A stretch of DNA of 64,000 bases. Origin: Eledone cirrhosa. Lineage: Eukaryota. This document shows, piece by piece, positions 1-13,100 of this stretch. The stretch covers positions 35,650,001 through 35,714,000 of the forward strand of contig OZ024758.1 of NCBI GenBank assembly GCA_964016885.1. The letters are read 5' to 3'. Position numbers and translations under genes: made by a program. Position 1 is the stretch's first letter. Each line of letters starts with the position of its first letter. The notes under the pieces were generated by a model, which saw only the letters and a program-made list of their open reading frames with translations, made no database searches and had not been told where the DNA came from.

Positions 1-3000
1 TATTAGCTGTCAGAAGGAACTCCACTGTTGGTGAGAATTCATTTAAGTTCATGGTATTAGCTGTCAGAAGTAACTCCACTGTTGGTGAGAATTCATTTAA
101 GTTCATGGTATTAGCTGTCAGAAGTCACTCCAATGTTGGTGAGAATTCATTTAAGTTCATGGTATTAGCTGTCAGAAGTCACTCCACTGTTGGTGAGAAT
201 TCATTTAAGTTCATGGTACTAGCTGTCCGAAGTAACCCCAATGTTGGTGAGAATTCATTTAAGTTCATGGTATTAGCTGTCAGAAGTAACTCCACTGTTG
301 GTGAGAATTCATTTAAGTCCATGGTATTAGCTGTCAGAAGGAACTCCACTGTTGGTGAGAATTCATTTAAGTTATGGTATTAGTTGTCAGAAGTAACTCC
401 AATGTTGGTGAGAATTCATTTAAGCCATGGTACTAGCTGTCAGAAGTAACTCCAATGTTGGTGAGAATTCATTTAAGTTCATGGTATTAGCTGTCAGAAC
501 GAACTCCACTGTTGGTGAGAATTCATTTAAGTTCATGGTATTAGCTGTCAGAAGTAACTCCACTGTTGGTGAGAATTCATTTAAGTTCAGGGTACTAGCT
601 GTCAGAAGTAACTCCAATGTTGGTGAGAATTCATTTAAGTTCATGGTATTAGCTGTCAGAAGGAACTCCACTGTTGGTGAGAATTCATTTAAGTTCATGG
701 TATTAGCTGTCAGAAGTAACTCCACTGTTGGTGAGAATTCATTTAAGTCATGGTACTAGCTGTCAGAAGTAACTCCAATGTTGGTGAGAATTCATTTAAG
801 TCATGGTACTAGCTGTCAGAAGTAACTCCAATGTTGGTGAGAATTCATTTAAGTTCATGGTATTAGCTGTCAGAAGGAACTCCACTGTTGGTGAGAATTC
901 ATTTAAGTTCATGGTATTAGCTGTCAGAAGTAACTCCACTGTTGGTGAGAATTCATTTAAGTTCATGGTATTAGCTGTCAGAAGTAACTCCACTGTTGGT
1001 GAGAATTCATTTAAGTTCATGGTATTAGCTGTCAGAAGTAACTCCACTGTTGGTGAGAATTCATTTAAGTTTATGGTACTAGCTGTAAGAAGTAACTCCA
1101 CTGTTGGAGAGAGTTCATTTAAGTCATGGTATTAGCTGTCAGAAGTAACTCCAATGTTGGTGAGAATTCATTTAAGTTCATGGTATTAGCTGTCAGAAGT
1201 AACTCCACTGTTGGTGAGAATTCATTTAAGTTCATGGTATTAGCTGTCAGAAGTAACTCCACTGTTGGTGAGAATTCATTTAAGTTCATGGTACTAGCTG
1301 TCAGAAGTAACTCCACTGTTGGTGAGAATTCATTTAAGTTCATGGTATTAGTTTGTCAGAAGTAACTCCACTGTTGGTGAGAATTCATTTAAGTCATGGT
1401 ATTAGTTGTCAGAAGTAACTCCAATGTTGGTGAGAATTCATTTAAGTTCATGGTATTAGCTGTCAGAAGGAACTCCACTGTTGGTGAGAATTCATTTAAG
1501 TTCATGGTATTAGCTGTCAGAAGGAACTCCAATGTTGGTGAGAATTCATTTAAGTCATGGTACTAGCTGTCAGAAGTAACTCCACTGTTGGTGAGAATTC
1601 ATTTAAGTTCATGGTATTAGCTGTCAGAAGGAACGCCACTGTTGGTGAGAATTCATTTAAGTTCATGGTATTAGCTGTCAGAAGTAACTCCACTGTTGGT
1701 GAGAATTCATTTAAGTTCATGGTACTAGCTGTCAGAAGTAACTCCAATGTTGGTGAGAATTCATTTAAGTTCATGGTATTAGCTGTCAGAAGGAACTCCA
1801 CTGTTGGTGAGAATTCATTTAAGTTCATGGTATTAGCTGTCAGAAGTAACTCCACTGTTGGTGAGAATTCATTTAAGTTCATGGTATTAGCTGTCAGAAG
1901 TCACTCCAATGTTGGTGAGAATTCATTTAAGTTCATGGTATTAGCTGTCAGAAGTCACTCCACTGTTGGTGAGAATTCATTTAAGTTCATGGTACTAGCT
2001 GTCCGAAGTAACCCCAATGTTGGTGAGAATTCATTTAAGTTCATGGTATTAGCTGTCAGAAGTCACTCCAATGTTGGTGAGAATTCATTTAAGTTCATGG
2101 TATTAGCTGTCAGAAGTAACTCCACTGTTGGTGAGAATTCATTTAAGTTCATGGTATTAGCTGTCAGAAGTAACTCCACTGTTGGTGAGAATTCATTTAA
2201 GTTCATGGTATTAGCTGTCAGAAGGAACTCCACTGTTGGTGAGAATTCATTTAAGTTCATGGTACTAGCTGTCAGAAGTAACTCCACTGTTGGTGAGAAT
2301 TCATTTAAGTTCATGGTACTAGCTGTCAGAAGTAACTCCAATGTTGGTGAGAATTCATTTAAGTTCATGGTATTAGCTGTCAGAAGTAACTCCACTGTTG
2401 GTGAGAGTTCATTTAAGTCATGGTATTAGCTGTCAGAAGTAACTCCAATGTTGGTGAGAATTCATTTAAGTTCATGGTATTAGCTATCAGAAGGAACGCC
2501 ACTGTTGGTGAGAATTCATTTAAGTTCATGGTATTAGCTGTCAGAAGTAACTCCACTGTTGGTGAGAATTCATTTAAGTTCATGGTACTAGCTGTCAGAA
2601 GTAACTCCAATGTTGGTGAGAATTCATTTAAGTTCATGGTATTAGCTGTCAGAAGAAACTCCACTGTTGGTGAGAATTCATTTAAGTTCATGGTATTAGC
2701 TGTCAGAAGTAACTCCACTGTTGGTGAGAATTCATTTAAGTCATGGTATTAGCTGTCAGAAGTAACTCCATTGTTGGTGAGAATTCATTTAAGTCATGGT
2801 ACTAGCTGTCAGAAGTAACTCCAATGTTGGTGAGAATTCATTTAAGTCATGGTACTAGCTGTCAGAAGTAACTCCAATGTTGGTGAGAATTCATTTAAGT
2901 TCATGGTATTAGCTGTCAGAAGGAACTCCACTGTTGGTGAGAATTCATTTAAGTTCATGGTATTAGCTGTCAGAAGTAACTCCACTGTTGGTGAGAATTC

Positions 3001-3765
3001 ATTTAAGTTCATGGTATTAGCTGTCAGAAGTAACTCCACTGTTGGTGAGAATTCATTTAAGTTCATGGTACTAGCTGTCAGAAGTAACTCCAATGTTGGT
3101 GAGAATTCATTTAAGTTCATGGTATTAGCTGTCAGAAGTAACTCCACTGTTGGTGAGAATTCATTTAAGTCATGGTATTAGCTGTCAGAAGTAACTCCAA
3201 TGTTGGTGAGAATTCATTTAAGTTCATGGTACTAGCTGTCAGAAGTAACTCCAATGTTGGTGAGAATTCATTTAAGTTCATGGTATTAGCTGTCAGAAGG
3301 AACTCCACTGTTGCTGAAAATTCATTTAAGTTCATGGTATTAGCTGTCAGAAGTAACTCCACTGTTGGTGAGAATTCATTTAAGTTCATGGTACTAGCTG
3401 TCAGAAGTAACTCCACTGTTGGTGAGAATTCATTTAAGTTCATGGTATTAGCTATCAGAAGTCACTCCAATGTTGGTGAGAATTCATTTAAGTTCATGGT
3501 ATTAGCTGTCAGAAGTCACTCCACTGTTGGTGAGAATTCATTTAAGTTCATGGTACTAGCTGTCCGAAGTAACCCCAATGTTGGTGAGAATTCATTTAAG
3601 TTCATGGTATTAGCTGTCAGAAGTCACTCCAATGTTGGTGAGAATTCATTTAAGTTCATGGTATTAGCTGTCAGAAGTAACTCCACTGTTGGTGAGAATT
3701 CATTTAAGTTCATGGTATTAGCTGTCAGAAGTAACTCCAATGTTGGTGAGAATTCATTTAAGTTC

Positions 3766-6700
3766 ATGGTATTAGCTGTCAGAAGTAACTCCACTGTTGG
3801 TGAGAATTCATTTAAGTTCATGGTATTAGCTGTCAGAAGGAACTCCAATGTTGGTGAGAATTCATTTAAGTCATGGTACTAGCTGTCAGAAGTAACTCCA
3901 CTGTTGGTGAGAATTCATTTAAGTTCATGGTATTAGCTGACAGAAGGAACGCCACTGTTGGTGAGAATTCATTTAAGTTCATGGTATTAGCTGTCAGAAG
4001 TAACTCCACTGTTGGTGAGAATTCATTTAAGTTCATGGTACTAGCTGTCAGAAGTAACTCCAATGTTGGTGAGAATTCATTTAAGTTCATGGTATTAGCT
4101 GTCAGAAGGAACTCCACTGTTGCTGAGAATTCATTTAAGTACATGGTATTAGCTGTCAGAAGTAACTCCACTGTTGGTGAGAATTCATTTAAGTTCATGG
4201 TACTAGCTGTCAGAAGTAACTCCACTGTTGGTGAGAATTCATTTAAGTTCATGGTATTAGCTGTCAGAAGTCACTCCAATGTTGGTGAGAATTCATTTAA
4301 GTTCATGGTATTAGCTGTCAGAAGTCACTCCACTGTTGGTGAGAATTCATTTAAGTCCATGGTACTAGCTGTCCGAAGTAACCCCAATGTTGGTGAGAAT
4401 TCATTTAAGTTCATGGTATTAGCTGTCAGAAGTCACTCCAATGTTGGTGAGAATTCATTTAAGTTCATGGTATTAGCTGTCAGAAGTCACTCCACTGTTG
4501 GTGAGAATTCATTTAAGTTCATGGTATTAGCTGTCAGAAGTAACTCCACTGTTGGTGAGAATTCATTTAAGTTCATGGTATTAGCTGTCAGAAGGAACTC
4601 CACTGTTGGTGAGAATTCATTTAAGTTCATGGTACTAGCTGTCAGAAGTAACTCCACTGTTGGTGAGAATTCATTTAAGTTCATGGTATTAGTTTGTCAG
4701 AAGTAACTCCACTGTTGGTGAGAATTCATTTAAGTCATGGTATTAGTTGTCAGAAGTAACTCCAATGTTGGTGAGAATTCATTTAAGCCATGGTACCAGC
4801 TGTCAGAAGTAACTCCAATGTTGGTGAGAATTCATTTAAGTTCATGGTATTAGCTGTCAGAAGGAACTCCACTGTTGGTGAGAATTCATTTAAGTTCATG
4901 GTATTAGCTGTCAGAAGTAACTCCACTGTTGGTGAGAATTCATTTAAGTTCATGGTACTAGCTGTCAGAAGTAACTCCAATGTTGGTGAGAATTCATTTA
5001 AGTTCATGGTATTAGCTGTCAGAAGTAACTCCACTGTTGGTGAGAGTTCATTTAAGTCATGGTATTAGCTGTCAGAAGTAACTCCAATGTTGGTGAGAAT
5101 TCATTTAAGTTCATGGTATTAGCTGTCAGAAGTAACTCCACTGTTGGTGAGAATTTATTTAAGTTCATGGTATTAGCTGTCAGAAGTAACTCCACTGTTG
5201 GTGAGAATTCATTTAAGTTCATGGTACTAGCTGTCAGAAGTAACTCCACTGTTGGTGAGAATTCATTTAAGTTCATGGTATTAGTTTGTCAGAAGTAACT
5301 CCACTGTTGGTGAGAATTCATTTAAGTCATGGTATTAGTTGTCAGAAGTAACTCCAATGTTGGTGAGAATTCATTTAAGTTCATGGTATTAGCTGTCAGA
5401 AGGAACTCCACTGTTGGTGAGAATTCATTTAAGTTCATGGTATTAGCTGTCAGAAGGAACTCCAATGTTGGTGAGAATTCATTTAAGTCATGGTACTAGC
5501 TGTCAGAAGTAACTCCACTGTTGGTGAGAATTCATTTAAGTTCATGGTGTTAGCTGTCAGAAGGAACGCCACTGTTGGTGAGAATTCATTTAAGTTCATG
5601 GTATTAGCTGTCAGAAGTAACTCCACTGTTGGTGAGAATTCATTTAAGTTCATGGTACTAGCTGTCAGAAGTAACTCCAATGTTGGTGAGAATTCATTTA
5701 AGTTCATGGTATTAGCTGTCAGAAGGAACTCCACTGTTGGTGAGAATTCATTTAAGTTCATGGTATTAGCTGTCAGAAGTAACTCCACTGTTGGTGAGAA
5801 TTCATTTAAGTTCATGGTATTAGCTGTCAGAAGTCACTCCAATGTTGGTGAGAATTCATTTAAGTTCATGGTATTAGCTGTCAGAAGTCACTCCACTGTT
5901 GGTGAGAATTCATTTAAGTTCATGGTACTAGCTGTCCGAAGTAACCCCAATGTTGGTGAGAATTCATTTAAGTTCATGGTATTAGCTGTCAGAAGTAACT
6001 CCACTGTTGGTGAGAATTCATTTAAGTTCATGGTATTAGCTGTCAGAAGGAACTCCACTGTTGGTGAGAATTCATTTAAGTTATGGTATTAGTTGTCAGA
6101 AGTAACTCCAATGTTGGTGAGAATTCATTTAAGCCATGGTACTAGCTGTCAGAAGTAACTCCAATGTTGGTGAGAATTCATTTAAGTTCATGGTATTAGC
6201 TGTCAGAACGAACTCCACTGTTGGTGAGAATTCATTTAAGTTCATGGTATTAGCTGTCAGAAGTAACTCCACTGTTGGTGAGAATTCATTTAAGTTCAGG
6301 GTACTAGCTGTCAGAAGTAACTCCAATGTTGGTGAGAATTCATTTAAGTTCATGGTATTAGCTGTCAGAAGGAACTCCACTGTTGGTGAGAATTCATTTA
6401 AGTTCATGGTATTAGCTGTCAGAAGTAACTCCACTGTTGGTGAGAATTCATTTAAGTCATGGTACTAGCTGTCAGAAGTAACTCCAATGTTGGTGAGAAT
6501 TCATTTAAGTCATGGTACTAGCTGTCAGAAGTAACTCCAATGTTGGTGAGAATTCATTTAAGTTCATGGTATTAGCTGTCAGAAGGAACTCCACTGTTGG
6601 TGAGAATTCATTTAAGTTCATGGTATTAGCTGTCAGAAGTAACTCCACTGTTGGTGAGAATTCATTTAAGTTCATGGTATTAGCTGTCAGAAGTAACTCC

Positions 6701-9700
6701 ACTGTTGGTGAGAATTCATTTAAGTTCATGGTATTAGCTGTCAGAAGTAACTCCACTGTTGGTGAGAATTCATTTAAGTTTATGGTACTAGCTGTAAGAA
6801 GTAACTCCACTGTTGGTGAGAGTTCATTTAAGTCATGGTATTAGCTGTCAGAAGTAACTCCAATGTTGGTGAGAATTCATTTAAGTTCATGGTATTAGCT
6901 GTCAGAAGTAACTCCACTGTTGGTGAGAATTCATTTAAGTTCATGGTATTAGCTGTCAGAAGTAACTCCACTGTTGGTGAGAATTCATTTAAGTTCATGG
7001 TACTAGCTGTCAGAAGTAACTCCACTGTTGGTGAGAATTCATTTAAGTTCATGGTATTAGTTTGTCAGAAGTAACTCCACTGTTGGTGAGAATTCATTTA
7101 AGTCATGGTATTAGTTGTCAGAAGTAACTCCAATGTTGGTGAGAATTCATTTAAGTTCATGGTATTAGCTGTCAGAAGGAACTCCACTGTTGGTGAGAAT
7201 TCATTTAAGTTCATGGTATTAGCTGTCAGAAGGAACTCCAATGTTGGTGAGAATTCATTTAAGTCATGGTACTAGCTGTCAGAAGTAACTCCACTGTTGG
7301 TGAGAATTCATTTAAGTTCATGGTATTAGCTGTCAGAAGGAACGCCACTGTTGGTGAGAATTCATTTAAGTTCATGGTATTAGCTGTCAGAAGTAACTCC
7401 ACTGTTGGTGAGAATTCATTTAAGTTCATGGTATTAGCTGTCAGAAGGAACTCCAATGTTGGTGAGAATTCATTTAAGTCATGGTACTAGCTGTCAGAAG
7501 TAACTCCACTGTTGGTGAGAATTCATTTAAGTTCATGGTATTAGCTGACAGAAGGAACGCCACTGTTGGTGAGAATTCATTTAAGTTCATGGTATTAGCT
7601 GTCAGAAGTAACTCCACTGTTGGTGAGAATTCATTTAAGTTCATGGTACTAGCTGTCAGAAGTAACTCCAATGTTGGTGAGAATTCATTTAAGTTCATGG
7701 TATTAGCTGTCAGAAGGAACTCCACTGTTGCTGAGAATTCATTTAAGTACATGGTATTATCTGTCAGAAGTAACTCCACTGTTGGTGAGAATTCATTTAA
7801 GTTCATGGTACTAGCTGTCAGAAGTAACTCCACTGTTGGTGAGAATTCATTTAAGTTCATGGTATTAGCTGTCAGAAGTCACTCCAATGTTGGTGAGAAT
7901 TCATTTAAGTTCATGGTATTAGCTGTCAGAAGTCACTCCACTGTTGGTGAGAATTCATTTAAGTTCATGGTACTAGCTGTCCGAAGTAACCCCAATGTTG
8001 GTGAGAATTCATTTAAGTTCATGGTATTAGCTGTCAGAAGTCACTCCAATGTTGGTGAGAATTCATTTAAGTTCATGGTATTAGCTGTCAGAAGTAACTC
8101 CACTGTTGGTGAGAATTCATTTAAGTTCATGGTATTAGCTGTCAGAAGTAACTCCACTGTTGGTGAGAATTCATTTAAGTTCATGGTATTAGCTGTCAGA
8201 AGGAACTCCACTGTTGGTGAGAATTCATTTAAGTTCATGGTACTAGCTGTCAGAAGTAACTCCACTGTTGGTGAGAATTCATTTAAGTTCATGGTATTAG
8301 TTTGTCAGAAGTAACTCCACTGTTGGTGAGAATTCATTTAAGTCATGGTATTAGTTGTCAGAAGTAACTCCAATGTTGGTGAGAATTCATTTAAGCCATG
8401 GTACCAGCTGTCAGAAGTAACTCCAATGTTGGTGAGAATTCATTTAAGTTCATGGTATTAGCTGTCAGAAGGAACTCCACTGTTGGTGAGAATTCATTTA
8501 AGTTCATGGTATTAGCTGTCAGAAGTAACTCCACTGTTGGTGAGAATTCATTTAAGTTCATGGTACTAGCTGTCAGAAGTAACTCCAATGTTGGTGAGAA
8601 TTCATTTAAGTTCATGGTATTAGCTGTCAGAAGTAACTCCACTGTTGGTGAGAGTTCATTTAAGTCATGGTATTAGCTGTCAGAAGTAACTCCAATGTTG
8701 GTGAGAATTCATTTAAGTTCATGGTATTAGCTGTCAGAAGTAACTCCACTGTTGGTGAGAATTTATTTAAGTTCATGGTATTAGCTGTCAGAAGTAACTC
8801 CACTGTTGGTGAGAATTCATTTAAGTTCATGGTACTAGCTGTCAGAAGTAACTCCACTGTTGGTGAGAATTCATTTAAGTTCATGGTATTAGTTTGTCAG
8901 AAGTAACTCCACTGTTGGTGAGAATTCATTTAAGTCATGGTATTAGTTGTCAGAAGTAACTCCAATGTTGGTGAGAATTCATTTAAGTTCATGGTATTAG
9001 CTGTCAGAAGGAACTCCACTGTTGGTGAGAATTCATTTAAGTTCATGGTATTAGCTGTCAGAAGGAACTCCAATGTTGGTGAGAATTCATTTAAGTCATG
9101 GTACTAGCTGTCAGAAGTAACTCCACTGTTGGTGAGAATTCATTTAAGTTCATGGTGTTAGCTGTCAGAAGGAACGCCACTGTTGGTGAGAATTCATTTA
9201 AGTTCATGGTATTAGCTGTCAGAAGTAACTCCACTGTTGGTGAGAATTCATTTAAGTTCATGGTACTAGCTGTCAGAAGTAACTCCAATGTTGGTGAGAA
9301 TTCATTTAAGTTCATGGTATTAGCTGTCAGAAGGAACTCCACTGTTGGTGAGAATTCATTTAAGTTCATGGTATTAGCTGTCAGAAGTAACTCCACTGTT
9401 GGTGAGAATTCATTTAAGTTCATGGTATTAGCTGTCAGAAGTCACTCCAATGTTGGTGAGAATTCATTTAAGTTCATGGTATTAGCTGTCAGAAGTCACT
9501 CCACTGTTGGTGAGAATTCATTTAAGTTCATGGTACTAGCTGTCCGAAGTAACCCCAATGTTGGTGAGAATTCATTTAAGTTCATGGTATTAGCTGTCAG
9601 AAGTAACTCCACTGTTGGTGAGAATTCATTTAAGTTCATGGTATTAGCTGTCAGAAGGAACTCCACTGTTGGTGAGAATTCATTTAAGTTATGGTATTAG

Positions 9701-10170
9701 TTGTCAGAAGTAACTCCAATGTTGGTGAGAATTCATTTAAGCCATGGTACTAGCTGTCAGAAGTAACTCCAATGTTGGTGAGAATTCATTTAAGTTCATG
9801 GTATTAGCTGTCAGAACGAACTCCACTGTTGGTGAGAATTCATTTAAGTTCATGGTATTAGCTGTCAGAAGTAACTCCACTGTTGGTGAGAATTCATTTA
9901 AGTTCAGGGTACTAGCTGTCAGAAGTAACTCCAATGTTGGTGAGAATTCATTTAAGTTCATGGTATTAGCTGTCAGAAGGAACTCCACTGTTGGTGAGAG
10001 TTCATTTAAGTTCATGGTATTAGCTGTCAGAAGTAACTCCACTGTTGGTGAGAATTCATTTAAGTCATGGTACTAGCTGTCAGAAGTAACTCCAATGTTG
10101 GTGAGAATTCATTTAAGTCATGGTACTAGCTGTCAGAAGTAACTCCAATGTTGGTGAGAATTCATTTAAG
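3766..10170. repeat. Near-tandem segmental duplication within the array, offset 3608 bp (~67 monomers)
   Basis: Matching variant blocks at 3873/7481, 4790/8398, 5059/8667, 5490/9098, 6136/9744 and 6512/10120 share rare markers (gctgacag, ttgctgag..aagtacatgg, ggtaccag, gaatttattt, ggtgttag, aagttatgg). End points are approximate. Confidence 0.85.
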
Positions 10171-13100
10171 TTCATGGTATTAGCTGTCAGAAGTAACTCC
10201 ACTGTTGGTGAGAATTCATTTAAGTTCATGGTATTAGCTGTCAGAAGGAACGCCACTGTTGGTGAGAATTCATTTAAGTTCATGGTATTAGCTGTCAGAA
10301 GTAACTCCACTGTTGGTGAGAATTCATTTAAGTTCATGGTACTAGCTGTCAGAAGTAACTCCAATGTTGGTGAGAATTCATTTAAGTTCATGGTATTAGC
10401 TGTCAGAAGGAACTCCACTGTTGGTGAGAATTCATTTAAGTTCATGGTATTAGCTGTCAGAAGTAACTCCACTGTTGGTGAGAATTCATTTAAGTTCATG
10501 GTATTAGCTGTCAGAAGTCACTCCAATGTTGGTGAGAATTCATTTAAGTTCATGGTATTAGCTGTCAGAAGTCACTCCACTGTTGGTGAGAATTCATTTA
10601 AGTTCATGGTACTAGCTGTCCGAAGTAACCCCAATGTTGGTGAGAATTCATTTAAGTTCATGGTATTAGCTGTCAGAAGTCACTCCAATGTTGGTGAGAA
10701 TTCATTTAAGTTCATGGTATTAGCTGTCAGAAGTAACTCCACTGTTGGTGAGAATTCATTTAAGTTCATGGTATTAGCTGTCAGAAGTAACTCCACTGTT
10801 GGTGAGAATTCATTTAAGTTCATGGTATTAGCTGTCAGAAGGAACTCCACTGTTGGTGAGAATTCATTTAAGTTCATGGTACTAGCTGTCAGAAGTAACT
10901 CCACTGTTGGTGAGAATTCATTTAAGTTCATGGTACTAGCTGTCAGAAGTAACACCAATGTTGGTGAGAATTCATTTAAGTTCATGGTATTAGCTGTCAG
11001 AAGTAACTCCACTGTTGGTGAGAGTTCATTTAAGTCATGGTATTAGCTGTCAGAAGTAACTCCAATGTTGGTGAGAATTCATTTAAGTTCATGGTATTAG
11101 CTATCAGAAGGAACGCCACTGTTGGTGAGAATTCATTTAAGTTCATGGTATTAGCTGTCAGAAGTAACTCCACTGTTGGTGAGAATTCATTTAAGTTCAT
11201 GGTACTAGCTGTCAGAAGTAACTCCAATGTTGGTGAGAATTCATTTAAGTTCATGGTATTAGCTGTCAGAAGAAACTCCACTGTTGGTGAGAATTCATTT
11301 AAGTTCATGGTATTAGCTGTCAGAAGTAACTCCACTGTTGGTGAGAATTCATTTAAGTCATGGTATTAGCTGTCAGAAGTAACTCCATTGTTGGTGAGAA
11401 TTCATTTAAGTCATGGTACTAGCTGTCAGAAGTAACTCCAATGTTGGTGAGAATTCATTTAAGTCATGGTACTAGCTGTCAGAAGTAACTCCAATGTTGG
11501 TGAGAATTCATTTAAGTTCATGGTATTAGCTGTCAGAAGGAACTCCACTGTTGGTGAGAATTCATTTAAGTTCATGGTATTAGCTGTCAGAAGTAACTCC
11601 ACTGTTGGTGAGAATTCATTTAAGTTCATGGTATTAGCTGTCAGAAGTAACTCCACTGTTGGTGAGAATTCATTTAAGTTCATGGTACTAGCTGTCAGAA
11701 GTAACTCCAATGTTGGTGAGAATTCATTTAAGTTCATGGTATTAGCTGTCAGAAGTAACTCCACTGTTGGTGAGAATTCATTTAAGTCATGGTATTAGCT
11801 GTCAGAAGTAACTCCAATGTTGGTGAGAATTCATTTAAGTTCATGGTACTAGCTGTCAGAAGTAACTCCAATGTTGGTGAGAATTCATTTAAGTTCATGG
11901 TATTAGCTGTCAGAAGGAACTCCACTGTTGCTGAAAATTCATTTAAGTTCATGGTATTAGCTGTCAGAAGTAACTCCACTGTTGGTGAGAATTCATTTAA
12001 GTTCATGGTACTAGCTGTCAGAAGTAACTCCACTGTTGGTGAGAATTCATTTAAGTTCATGGTATTAGCTATCAGAAGTCACTCCAATGTTGGTGAGAAT
12101 TCATTTAAGTTCATGGTATTAGCTGTCAGAAGTCACTCCACTGTTGGTGAGAATTCATTTAAGTTCATGGTACTAGCTGTCCGAAGTAACCCCAATGTTG
12201 GTGAGAATTCATTTAAGTTCATGGTATTAGCTGTCAGAAGTCACTCCAATGTTGGTGAGAATTCATTTAAGTTCATGGTATTAGCTGTCAGAAGTAACTC
12301 CACTGTTGGTGAGAATTCATTTAAGTTCATGGTATTAGCTGTCAGAAGTAACTCCACTGTTGGTGAGAATTCATTTAAGTTCATGGTATTAGCTGTCAGA
12401 AGGAACTCCACTGTTGGTGAGAATTCATTTAAGTTCATGGTACTAGCTGTCAGAAGTAACTCCACTGTTGGTGAGAATTCATTTAAGTTCATGGTATTAG
12501 TTTGTCAGAAGTAACTCCACTGTTGGTGAGAATTCATTTAAGTCATGGTATTAGTTGTCAGAAGTAACTCCAATGTTGGTGAGAATTCATTTAAGCCATG
12601 GTACTAGCTGTAAGAAGTAACTCCAATGTTGGTGAGAATTCATTTAAGTTCATGGTATTAGCTGTCAGAAGGAACTCCACTGTTGGTGAGAATTCATTTA
12701 AGTTCATGGTATTAGCTGTCAGAAGTAACTCCACTGTTGGTGAGAATTCATTTAAGTTCATGGTACTAGCTGTCAGAAGTAACTCCAATGTTGGTGAGAA
12801 TTCATTTAAGTTCATGGTATTAGCTGTCAGAAGTAACTCCACTGTTGGTGAGAGTTCATTTAAGTCATGGTATTAGCTGTCAGAAGTAACTCAAATGTTG
12901 GTGAGAATTCTTTTAAGTTCATGGTATTAGCTGTCAGAAGTAACTCCACTGTTGGTGAGAATTCATTTAAGTTCATGGTATTAGCTGTCAGAAGTAACTC
13001 CACTGTTGGTGAGAATTCATTTAAGTTCATGGTACTAGCTGTCAGAAGTAACTCCACTGTTGGTGAGAATTCATTTAAGTTCATGGTATTAGTTTGTCAG

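Noticed and set aside
51-104. tRNA- or SINE-derived monomer (TAGCT and GTTCA resembling Pol III A and B boxes)
   Set aside because: The matches are only 4-5 nt, the B-box GGTTCGANNCC is not met, and no cloverleaf stems can be formed.
51-104. Monomer built from three 18-bp subrepeats (CTGTC/CTGTT and AACTC/AATTC lie 18 bp apart)
   Set aside because: Ungapped identities between adjacent thirds are only 7/18 and 5/18, close to chance for this composition.
130-160. Short dyads (CCAA-TG-TTGG, GAATTC, GAATT...AGTTC) as hairpins or terminators, and CCAAT boxes as promoters
   Set aside because: Stems are only 3-5 bp and expected by chance. There is no gene context, and the repetition simply reflects the array.
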